From Nitriliruptorales bacterium (lineage in GTDB: Bacteria; Actinomycetota; Nitriliruptoria; Euzebyales; JAHELV01): a stretch of DNA of 64,000 bases. Below, one piece after another: positions 38,486 through 46,418 of this stretch. The notes under the pieces were generated by a model that ran no database searches, had not been told where the DNA came from, and saw nothing but the letters and a program-made list of their open reading frames with translations. The DNA is taken from assembly GCA_024644015.1 (NCBI GenBank), contig JAHELV010000005.1, positions 13,297 through 77,296 of the forward strand, written 5' to 3'. Within the stretch, counting starts at the first letter, position 1. Every line of letters starts with the position of its first letter. Made by a program: the position numbers and the translations under genes.

Positions 38486-39592
38486 TCACTGACCCGGCTC
38501 TTCCGGCACCTCGACGTTGCCGTCGATGATCTCCTGGCGCGCCTGGTCGACCGCGTCGGTCACCTCGCTGGGCACGAGGTCGGCGAACTCACCGAACTCA
38601 GCCAGGTCGACGCCCTCCTCGGCGAGACCGAACGTCTGCACTTCGCCGCCGGGGAACTCGTCGTTGGCGTATGCCTCGACCGTCCGGAAGACCGCGTTGT
38701 CCACCCGCTTGAGCACCGACGTGAGGATCGGCACACCCGGGTTCAGTGCGGCCTGGTCGCTGTCCACGCCGATCGCGAAGAACTGGCGGTCATTGGCGGC
38801 CTCGAACAGGCCGGCGCCGGTGGCGCCCGACGCGTGGTAGATGATGTCCGCGCCCTGGTCGTTCAGGCGCAGCGAGATCTCCTGGCCCGCGGCCGGGTCG
38901 TTGAAGGCCTCCGGCGTCGTGCCGGCGTACTCGACGAGCACCTCGCAGTCCGAGCACACGGACTGCACGCCGGCGGTGTAGCCGGCTTCGAACCTCTTGA
39001 TCAGCGGACCCTCGAGGCCGCCGAGGAACCCGACGGTCTTGTCGTCGGGGTTGGTGAACTCGGTGTCCTCCTGCGTCATCAGGCCCGCCACGACGCCCGC
39101 GAGGTAGCTGCCTTCCTGCTCCCTGAAGGTCAGGCTCGCGACGTTGGGCTCCTCGACCACCGAGTCGATGATCGCGAAGGCCTGGTCGGGGAACTGCGGG
39201 GCGACCTCGGCGACGGCGTCCGTCATCAGGAACCCGACCGCGAAGATCGGCGAGAACGTGTTCTGTGCGAGCTGGGTCAGGTTGTTCGTGTAGTCGGTCG
39301 GCGCCGCGGACTCGAGCACGTTGGTGTCCGCGCCCATCTCGCTCTTTGCGCGCTCGAGCCCGGCGTTGGCCGAGTCGTTGAAGCTCTGGTCGCCCAGGCC
39401 GCCGACGTCGGTGACCATCGCGGCGCGCACATCGCTCGCTCCGCCAACGGCGGCTTCACTCCCGTCCGCGGCCGGCTCGCTCGTGGCCGGCTCGGAAGCG
39501 TCACCGGTTTCGGAGGTCTCGCCGCCCCCACCACAGGCGGTGATCAGCAGCGCCAGGGCGAACAACGCCGCCAGCAGCTTTCCTGTGCGCAT
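38486..39592 (-). CDS. BMP family ABC transporter substrate-binding lipoprotein
   Basis: The signal peptide with lipobox MRTGKLLAALFALALLITACGG starts at codon 84 of ORF 38486..39841. The mature protein has the BMP/PnrA-like pattern (MVTDVGGLGDQSFND, FAVGF, GVDSDQ). Confidence 0.88.
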   Translation of the reverse strand: MRTGKLLAALFALALLITACGGGGETSETGDASEPATSEPAADGSEAAVGGASDVRAAMVTDVGGLGDQSFNDSANAGLERAKSEMGADTNVLESAAPTDYTNNLTQLAQNTFSPIFAVGFLMTDAVAEVAPQFPDQAFAIIDSVVEEPNVASLTFREQEGSYLAGVVAGLMTQEDTEFTNPDDKTVGFLGGLEGPLIKRFEAGYTAGVQSVCSDCEVLVEYAGTTPEAFNDPAAGQEISLRLNDQGADIIYHASGATGAGLFEAANDRQFFAIGVDSDQAALNPGVPILTSVLKRVDNAVFRTVEAYANDEFPGGEVQTFGLAEEGVDLAEFGEFADLVPSEVTDAVDQARQEIIDGNVEVPEEPGQ

Positions 39593-39801
39593 CAGGGTTC
39601 CCTTTCGTTGGACGCGCGGTGCCCGCGATCCGCAAGGAGCGTGACTTCCGCGGGCTGTCGTGTGCGTGTGGGTTCGCGGACGGGTGGGCAGACCAACCGT
39701 TACCGCATGCAGCGACCGTACTCTAGGCGTAGTAGACCAAACGGCGCAATGCGTCCTCAGGCCCCGCGTGCTCGCTCGAACGGAAGGACGGCCGGCAGAT
39801 C

Positions 39802-41244
39802 GTGCGGAAGACCAAGATCGTCGCCACCCTCGGGCCGGCACTGGATGATCGCGACAAGCTTCGGGCCGCGCTCGAGGCGGGCATCGATGTCGTGCGCCTC
39901 AACTTCAGCCACGGCGACCACGACACGCACGCGCGGCGGCTGCGCAACGTGCGCGAGCTCGCCACGAACCTCGAGCGCAACATCGGTGTGCTCGCTGACC
40001 TCCAGGGCCCCAAGATCCGTCTCGGCCTGCTGCCCGACGACGGCATCGAGCTCACGAACGGCTCCGAGGTGATCCTGTTGCCCGGGCTCGAGGAACTCGA
40101 CGACTACCGCAGCGGGGGACAGGTCGCGCTCCCGGTCGTCTACGGGGCGCTCGGTGACGACTGCGAGCCGGGCGCCATGATCCTCATCGATGACGGCTCG
40201 ATCCGGCTGGTCGTGTCGCGGGCATCCCACGACGAGGTCGTCGCGCGGGTCGTCGCAGGCAACGTGGCCAAGAGTCGGAAGGGCGTGAACCTACCCGGTG
40301 TCCGTGTCTCGGCGCCGAGCATCACCGAGAAGGACCAAGAGGACCTCAAGGTCGCCGTCGATCTCGGGTGCGACTGGCTGGCGCTGTCGTTCGTGCGCCG
40401 TCCCGAGGACGTCGAGCAGGCGCGGGAGTTGGTCCGCCAGCAGGGCGGTGAGGCGCCGTTGATCGCGAAGCTGGAGCGTCCCGAGGCCATCGAGAACCTC
40501 GAAGCGGTCGTCGCCGCGAGTGACGCCGTCATGGTTGCCCGCGGCGATCTGGGTGTCGAGATCGGCCCGGAGCGGGTACCCGCCATCCAGAAACAGATCA
40601 TCGCCCAGGCCAACAAGGACGCCAAGCCGGTCGTGACGGCGACCGAGATGCTCGACAGCATGATCAACTCCCCGCGCCCCACCCGCGCGGAGGCCAGCGA
40701 CATCGCCAACGCGATCTTCGACGGCACTGACGCGGTGATGCTGTCGGGTGAGACGGCGGCCGGCAAGTACCCGGTCGAGGCGGTTCGCACGATGGCGCGG
40801 ATCTGCGAGGTCGCCGAGACGTCACCGCACCTCGTCGGCCCGATCGAGCATTCCCCCGTGGCTGCCGACGACGTCGTGAGCGTGGTTGCGCGTGCGGCTG
40901 TGGCGGTCTCCCGCGACGTCGAGGCCAGCGCGCTGGCGATCTACTCGATCACCGGCGCGGCGATCCAGCTCGTCAGCAAGTTCCGGCCGCCGGTCCGCCT
41001 CGTCGGGCTCACGCCGCAGGACACCGCTCGCCGGCGCACCGCGCTGATGTGGGGCGCCGAAGCGTTGCTCGTACCGATGAAGAGCGAGAGCGTCGACCTG
41101 ATCAGTGCCGCCGAGCGCGTGCTGGTCGACGGCGGCATCGCGCGGCACGGCGACCGCATCGTCATCGTGTCGGGCACCGCTGGCAGCTCCGGGAGCACGA
41201 ACCGCATCTACGTGCACCGCATCGGCGACCCGATGCGCGGCTGA
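39802..41244 (+). CDS. pyk: pyruvate kinase
   Basis: RKTKIVATLGPA...VVRLNFSHG, then MVARGDLGVEI, then ATEMLDSM and MLSGETAAGKYP. Start is GTG. Confidence 0.93.
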   Translation: MRKTKIVATLGPALDDRDKLRAALEAGIDVVRLNFSHGDHDTHARRLRNVRELATNLERNIGVLADLQGPKIRLGLLPDDGIELTNGSEVILLPGLEELDDYRSGGQVALPVVYGALGDDCEPGAMILIDDGSIRLVVSRASHDEVVARVVAGNVAKSRKGVNLPGVRVSAPSITEKDQEDLKVAVDLGCDWLALSFVRRPEDVEQARELVRQQGGEAPLIAKLERPEAIENLEAVVAASDAVMVARGDLGVEIGPERVPAIQKQIIAQANKDAKPVVTATEMLDSMINSPRPTRAEASDIANAIFDGTDAVMLSGETAAGKYPVEAVRTMARICEVAETSPHLVGPIEHSPVAADDVVSVVARAAVAVSRDVEASALAIYSITGAAIQLVSKFRPPVRLVGLTPQDTARRRTALMWGAEALLVPMKSESVDLISAAERVLVDGGIARHGDRIVIVSGTAGSSGSTNRIYVHRIGDPMRG

Positions 41245-41347
41245 TGCGTGTCTCGAACAGCAAGGCGCTCGGCACCGCCGCGCGCCTTCGGCCCACCCGT
41301 GCGTGTCGGCGACGACACCGTCATCGTGTGTGCCTCCGTGGTGCGTC

Positions 41348-42721
41348 GTGAGGCTGGTGGTCATCGGCGGTGATGCCGCGGGCATGACCGCCGCCAGCGT
41401 GGTCCGCCGGCGCCGTGACGACGCCGACATCGTGGTGATCGAGCGCGGTCACTACACGTCGTACTCCATGTGCGGCATCCCGTACTACGTCGCCGGGTCG
41501 ATCGGACAGCCCGAGGATCTGGTGGCACGCAGTCCCGCCGAGTTCCGTGACGCGGGGATGACCGTACATATGCGGACCGAGGCAACCGCGATCGATCCCG
41601 ACCGGCGGGTGGTCACGGTCCGCGATCTCGACCGCGACGCCGAGCGGACCGAGCCGTACGACGCGCTGCTGTACGCCACCGGTGCCCATCCGCGGGTACC
41701 CGACCTGCCCGGGCTCGACAGGCACGGATATGTCGTGCACACCCTCGACGAAGGCGCGCAGCTACGCGACGCGCTCGAGCGGCGTGATGACGTGCGCACG
41801 GTCGCGATCGTCGGCGCCGGCTACATCGGGCTGGAGGTCGCCGAGGCGCTGATCGAACGCGGCCTGGCCGTGCACCTCATCGATCGCGGCCCGCACGTCA
41901 TGCGCACCTTGGACGCCGACATGGCCGCCAGGCTCGAGAAGATCCTCTCTGACTTCGGCGTGCAGTTGCATCTCGGCGAGAGCCTCACGGCCATCCACGC
42001 CGACGGCTCGCACTGCCGCGAAGTGGTCACCGACCGTGGCTGCTACGAGGCGAACGCCGTGGTGCTCGCGATGGGTGGCACCCCCAACGTCGCGCTCGCG
42101 CGCGCGGCGGGGTGTGACGTCGGCCCATCGGGCGGGTTGGTCGTCGACAACCGCATGCGGACGACGGTACCGGGGGTCTGGGCCGCCGGCGACGTGGTCG
42201 AGTCGCGTGATCTCGTCGCGGGCCGGCGGCTCAACGTGCAGCTGGGCACGCACGCGAACAAACAGGGCAAGGTCGCGGGCATCGACATCGCGGCCCATCC
42301 CGGTGAGGGCGATGCGGCCTTTCCCGGCGTGGTCGGCACGGCCGTGACCCGGCTGTGTGACTGGGATGTCGCCCGCGTGGGCCTGACCGAACGGGAGGCC
42401 AAGGACGCGCGCATCGCCTACGGCGCGGTCAGCTTCACCGGAACCGCGACAGCGGGGTACATGCCCGACCCCGGCGTCGTGCACGTCAAGATGCTGGCGC
42501 AGCGGGAGACCGGCCGGGTACTGGGCGCACAGCTGTTGGGCACGGGCAATGTCGCCAAGCGCATCGATGTCGCCGCGGTGTGGTGCCAGCTCGGCGTGAC
42601 GGTGCAGGACGCGCAGTTCTTCGATCTGTCCTACGCCCCGCCGTTCGGCGGCGTCTGGGACCTCCTGCTGGTCGCTGCGCGCAAGCTGACCGCCGAGCTG
42701 GGCCTGTCGCCGCAACTCTGA
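41348..42721 (+). CDS. FAD-dependent pyridine nucleotide-disulfide oxidoreductase (CoA-disulfide reductase / NADH oxidase family)
   Basis: VRLVVIGGDAAGMTAA begins at GTG 41348. The single redox Cys motif is SYSMCGIPYY. The second Rossmann motif is VAIVGAGYIGLEVAE. GAGDV is also present. The track ORF begins at 41105. Confidence 0.85.
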   Translation: MRLVVIGGDAAGMTAASVVRRRRDDADIVVIERGHYTSYSMCGIPYYVAGSIGQPEDLVARSPAEFRDAGMTVHMRTEATAIDPDRRVVTVRDLDRDAERTEPYDALLYATGAHPRVPDLPGLDRHGYVVHTLDEGAQLRDALERRDDVRTVAIVGAGYIGLEVAEALIERGLAVHLIDRGPHVMRTLDADMAARLEKILSDFGVQLHLGESLTAIHADGSHCREVVTDRGCYEANAVVLAMGGTPNVALARAAGCDVGPSGGLVVDNRMRTTVPGVWAAGDVVESRDLVAGRRLNVQLGTHANKQGKVAGIDIAAHPGEGDAAFPGVVGTAVTRLCDWDVARVGLTEREAKDARIAYGAVSFTGTATAGYMPDPGVVHVKMLAQRETGRVLGAQLLGTGNVAKRIDVAAVWCQLGVTVQDAQFFDLSYAPPFGGVWDLLLVAARKLTAELGLSPQL

Positions 42722-42761
42722 CCTCGTCCGGCGTTGTGGAAGACCGTCACACCAACCACGC

Positions 42762-42806
42762 GGTGGTCGTCGTTTGGTGTCGCAGGCACCTCATACGACG
42801 ACCACC
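42762..42806. terminator. 12-bp perfect stem-loop between convergent genes (possible bidirectional terminator)
   Basis: GGTGGTCGTCGT (42762-42773) pairs with ACGACGACCACC (42795-42806), with a 21-nt loop. There is no U-tract. A third, 10-nt copy GGTGGTCGTC lies at 42824-42833 inside the neighbouring small ORF. Confidence 0.4.
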
Positions 42807-42818
42807 CCACGATTGGGG

Positions 42819-43094
42819 TCAAAGGTGGTCGTCATGTTGCGGGGTGGTTCGGGCGCGGCGGGGTGGGGGCGGTTGGGGGACCACGCGGGCCGCCAGCAGA
42901 TCCTCCTCGGTGACGATCGTGGTCGATCCGTTGCGCCGGGTGATCTGCAGCTGTCCATCGCGCCAGTCGCGCAGCACACCGACCACATCCACCGCCGAGG
43001 CATCCGGCCCATGGTGGCGCGCACGCACCGTGATCCGTGCGCCGATGTCGTCGGGTGTGATGCGGACCTCGAGCCGCGCATGAAGTGCTGCCAT
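42819..43094 (-). CDS. small hypothetical protein (91 aa)
   Basis: From ATG 43094 it reads MAALHARLEVRITPDDIGARITVRARHH...VDVVGVLRDWRDGQLQITRRNGSTTIVTEEDLLAARVVPQPPPPRRA. From memory, this resembles the N-terminal module that precedes the GNAT domain in some actinobacterial acetyltransferases. No GNAT domain follows here. Confidence 0.4.
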   Translation of the reverse strand: MAALHARLEVRITPDDIGARITVRARHHGPDASAVDVVGVLRDWRDGQLQITRRNGSTTIVTEEDLLAARVVPQPPPPRRARTTPQHDDHL

Positions 43095-43248
43095 CAGCGT
43101 CCATTGTGCGACGCTACGTTCCAGCGGCAGCCGATTGTGGATGCTGGGCTTGCGGTCGCGAGCGGCTAGTCTGTTGAGACAACGATCGACGGACGGACCC
43201 GTGTGCATGCACGGGCCACGCCCAAGGGCTGAAGGAGCACACCCACTC

Positions 43249-43572
43249 ATGGTGTACGTGATCGCCGAACCGTGCATCGACGTCAAGGACCGCGCCTGCG
43301 TCGAAGAGTGCCCTGTTGACTGCATCTACGAGGGTGAGCGGATGTTGTACATCCAGCCCGACGAGTGCATCGACTGCGCCGCATGTGAGCCCGTGTGCCC
43401 CGTCGAGGCCATCGCATACGAGGACGACATCCCCGACATGTGGACCGAGTTCACGGCCATCAACCGGGAGTTCTTCGAGGACAGCGTCACCGGCCTCGGT
43501 GCGCCCGGCGGCGCCGCTGTGGTCGGCGTCCAGGCGACAGACCACCCGAAGGTCGCCAACTGGAGCTTCTAG
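43249..43572 (+). CDS. fdxA: 7Fe ferredoxin (3Fe-4S plus 4Fe-4S)
   Basis: MVYVIAEPCIDVKDRACVEECPVDCIY...CIDCAACEPVCPVEAI. AAGGAG lies upstream of ATG 43249. The track ORF starts at 43135. Confidence 0.92.
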   Translation: MVYVIAEPCIDVKDRACVEECPVDCIYEGERMLYIQPDECIDCAACEPVCPVEAIAYEDDIPDMWTEFTAINREFFEDSVTGLGAPGGAAVVGVQATDHPKVANWSF

Positions 43573-43584
43573 GCACCGGTCATG

Positions 43585-44742
43585 TCATGATCCCGAGCTG
43601 ACCGCACGCAGGCCAGCTGTCGCCGAGCGGATCGGTTCCAGATCGTCCTCGCGTTCGACTCGCAGTTCGTCGAGTTTGTCGAGCGGACGTTCCAGTTGCC
43701 GCCGCCGCGTGGTGCTCAGCGCGTCGTACGTCTTCTGCGAGCGTGCGAGGTGCGTGCCCAGCTTGTCGAACTCGTCGCAGTACTTGTCCCACTGGGTGCG
43801 GAAGTCCGCCAGGAGCGACAGGATCTGGTCCGACGTCCGCTCGAGCTGGAAGTTGTCGACGGACTGCCGCACGACCGCCAGGACCGCGAACAGCGTGAGC
43901 GGTGAGCACAGCACGATCTTGCGCTTCAGCGCGTCGTCGACCAGGCCACGGTCGTGCTCCTGGATGAAGCCGAACAAGGCCTCGTTCGGGATGAACAGCA
44001 ACACGCAGTCGATCGCGCCGTCCGGGTCGCGGTAGCCGCGATCGGCAAGCTCCTTGACACGATCGCGCGCGTCCCGCAGAAAGCCCTTGCGGAAGCGCTC
44101 GCCGTCGGTGTCGTTGCCGGCGTCGAGGTAGCGCAGGTAGTTGTCGAGCGGGAACTTGACGTCCATGTGCAGCTCGAGCCCGCGGGGCAGCAAGAACGTG
44201 AAGTCGGGGATCCCGCCACTGTCCAGGCGCCGCTGCTTGCAGTAGTTGACGCCTTCGAGGAAGCCGGCGAGCTGCAGCACGTCCTCGGCCATGCGTTCGC
44301 CCCACTGCCCGCGGGCCTGGCTCGACGACAGCGCCTGGCGCAGGTCCTGCGTCGTCTCACTGAGCGCCCGCGTCTGCCTGCCGGTCTCGGCGAGCTGCTC
44401 GGCGAGCGTGCCGAGCTGTTGCGCACGGCTGGTCTCGAGCTGGCGAACGAGGGTCGTCACCTGATCGAGGTCGCCGCGCATCTGGTCGAGCTGGAGTCCG
44501 ATGCGTGACTCGGTGCCTTCGAGGCGCGCAGCGTCGTGCCCGCGTGCTGCGCTGAGCTGCTGCTGCGCGAGCGCGACGACCGTGTCGACGGTCTGGTGCA
44601 GCTGTGCCTGGTGATCGGACTGCAGACTCCGCTCGAGCTCGGCCGCTGCCGCTGCGAGATCACTGCGCTGGCGCGCGAGGCCGAACCAGACGACCGCGAA
44701 CGTGCCGACGATCGCGACGAGCACCGCCAAGATGGTGACCAC
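43585..44742 (-). CDS. rmuC: DNA recombination protein RmuC
   Basis: N-terminal TM, a long coiled coil, then the RmuC nuclease-like region GQWGERMAEDVL...PDFTFLLPRGLELHMDVKFPLDNY...CVLLFIPNEA. Confidence 0.88.
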   Translation of the reverse strand: MVTILAVLVAIVGTFAVVWFGLARQRSDLAAAAAELERSLQSDHQAQLHQTVDTVVALAQQQLSAARGHDAARLEGTESRIGLQLDQMRGDLDQVTTLVRQLETSRAQQLGTLAEQLAETGRQTRALSETTQDLRQALSSSQARGQWGERMAEDVLQLAGFLEGVNYCKQRRLDSGGIPDFTFLLPRGLELHMDVKFPLDNYLRYLDAGNDTDGERFRKGFLRDARDRVKELADRGYRDPDGAIDCVLLFIPNEALFGFIQEHDRGLVDDALKRKIVLCSPLTLFAVLAVVRQSVDNFQLERTSDQILSLLADFRTQWDKYCDEFDKLGTHLARSQKTYDALSTTRRRQLERPLDKLDELRVEREDDLEPIRSATAGLRAVSSGS

Positions 44743-44837
44743 GAACCACTCCTGAGAACGCGTGTGGCGAACAAACGTACGACGCGCCGGCGATCCGATG
44801 GTGGAACCCGTGTCGGGTCATGTGACCTATCGCTTCG

Positions 44838-45581
44838 CTACTTGAGGTCGGTCATGGTGGCCTGCACCACGGTGTTGGAGTCGTAGTGCCGTGTCGTGTG
44901 GTTGAACTGGCCGCCGCACGTGATCAGCGTCAGCACAGCGTCGCCGTTGCGGGTGAACAGTTCCTCGATCGGCAGCACCCGCTTGCGGTACATGGCCTGA
45001 TCGAAGACCTCGAAGGCCACTGTGGAGCCGTCGTCGAACTCGACGGCTGCGGTGTCACCTGGCCGCAATTCGTGGAGTGCGAAGAATGCTCCCGGCTTGC
45101 CGGCGTGGTCGACGTGGGCCGCAAGCACCGCGGAGCCCGCGCTGCCCGGTACGGAGCCCGACCGGTACCAGACGACCGTCGCTGGGTCGGGTGGCACGTC
45201 GAGCTGGCCGTCGGCGGAGCGCCCCCTCGCGACGACGGGCGCGTGAAGGTCGAGTGCGTCGATCCGCAGTGCCACCGGGCTGCGCGCGACATCTGCGAGC
45301 CGGGCCGAGCGGTGCGTGAAGCGCTGGCCATCGGCACCGGCGGGTTGACGCGCCACGATTGCGGTGTCGCGGGCGGGCACCGCGCCTCCCATGGATGCCG
45401 ACGCGGTGACCGCGGCGCTCTCCGCAACGTCCGAGCCAGTAGACGAGGGCTCGGCCCTGCGCTCGCGCAGCGCCTGGCTGACGGCCGGAGCGAGCGCGAG
45501 GCCGACGAGCAACCCGAGCAGCAGGGCGTACCGACGCACGCGCCGGGTTCGTGTCGGGGGCCCGTTCGTCCGCGTCGTCAC
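44838..45581 (-). CDS. class F sortase
   Basis: N-terminal signal anchor. The catalytic His is in VLAAHVDH, the Cys in LTLITCGG, and the Arg in TTRHYDSNTVV. Size and motif spacing fit class F. Confidence 0.85.
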   Translation of the reverse strand: MTTRTNGPPTRTRRVRRYALLLGLLVGLALAPAVSQALRERRAEPSSTGSDVAESAAVTASASMGGAVPARDTAIVARQPAGADGQRFTHRSARLADVARSPVALRIDALDLHAPVVARGRSADGQLDVPPDPATVVWYRSGSVPGSAGSAVLAAHVDHAGKPGAFFALHELRPGDTAAVEFDDGSTVAFEVFDQAMYRKRVLPIEELFTRNGDAVLTLITCGGQFNHTTRHYDSNTVVQATMTDLK

Positions 45582-45594
45582 GACGGCTCGGGTC

Positions 45595-46410
45595 CTAGTC
45601 GCCAGCCCGCGCCGTTGCGAGGGCGGCCCGCGCCGTGACAGCTGCGGTCAGCAGCGCGAGTGCGGCCGCCGCCCACGCCCACCACGGCATGAACGCCGTC
45701 GCCACGAGACCACTGTCGCCGGTTGGCACACCGACCGGCATTGTGGCTTCGCCGGTGTCGAGCCGCTGGCTCAGCCAGCCAAGGCTGTCGTTGTCCGCCG
45801 ACCCGATCAGATACACCGCAATCACGCTCTCGGGGTCCGCGTTGATGCGCGCGGGCGGCAGCAGTGGAGCGGAGGACGAGGCCTCGACCGTCGCGATGTC
45901 GTCGGCGCCGGGCTGCACGGTGCCGTCGCCCTCCTGACCGGGCTTCAGGCCCGTGACGACCGAGGTGGTGCCGAACGTGACATCGATCGCCGGCGCCATC
46001 GCGGTGTGTCGAACCACGACTCGCGCCGTGTCGGCGCCCGGTGCGTTGAATGCGTTGTCGAAGACCGAGATGGTCGGTTCGCCGTCTGCAGCGGGATGGA
46101 CCACAGCCGACAGGTTCGCGTCCGACGGCAGCTGCAGGGTCCCTTCGACGACCGGTGTGCTGTCAGGTGCGGCGTCTGCCTCGCGAACCTCCACGGTGTG
46201 CTCACCAGCGGGCAGCTGCGTCGGGTCCGTGGACCGTGCCGGCCTGAAGCCTTCCAGGATGAGATCTCCGTCGAGGTAGACATCGGCGAGCAGGCCACGG
46301 AACCCGTGGACCAACGTCACCGTGGCCGTGTCGGATTGTGCGGCGGCGCTGCCGGGCAGTACCAGGAACCACATCGCGAGCAGAACGAGTGCTGTTCGAC
46401 GCATGTGCAT
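45595..46410 (-). CDS. DUF4397 domain protein with C-terminal sorting-signal-like tail
   Basis: Signal peptide MHMRRTALVLLAMWFLVLPGSAAAQS. A DUF4397-like repeat pattern is present (VTLVHGF...ADVYLDG; VVVRHTAMAPAIDVTFG). The C-terminus is GVPTGDSG, then a hydrophobic stretch FMPWWAWAAAALALLTAAV, then TARAALATARAGD. Confidence 0.75.
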   Translation of the reverse strand: MHMRRTALVLLAMWFLVLPGSAAAQSDTATVTLVHGFRGLLADVYLDGDLILEGFRPARSTDPTQLPAGEHTVEVREADAAPDSTPVVEGTLQLPSDANLSAVVHPAADGEPTISVFDNAFNAPGADTARVVVRHTAMAPAIDVTFGTTSVVTGLKPGQEGDGTVQPGADDIATVEASSSAPLLPPARINADPESVIAVYLIGSADNDSLGWLSQRLDTGEATMPVGVPTGDSGLVATAFMPWWAWAAAALALLTAAVTARAALATARAGD

Positions 46411-46418
46411 TCCTTCGT

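Noticed and set aside
39585-39605. Apparent frameshift in the signal-peptide region of the BMP lipoprotein gene during hand translation
   Set aside because: It traced to my own one-base miscount when re-reading the sequence blocks. The supplied ORF track is internally consistent (start at 39592), so no frameshift is claimed.
36642-40072. 616-aa and 553-aa plus-strand ORFs (36642..38492, 38411..40072) antisense to the ABC ATPase and BMP lipoprotein genes
   Set aside because: They are shadow ORFs of the high-GC minus-strand operon, and the second also runs out of frame into pyk.
43585-44742. RmuC as part of a defence island with the adjacent sortase operon
   Set aside because: A 95-nt gap separates them, and there are no other defence-type genes. 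RmuC is a common stand-alone housekeeping gene. The linkage is noted but not supported.
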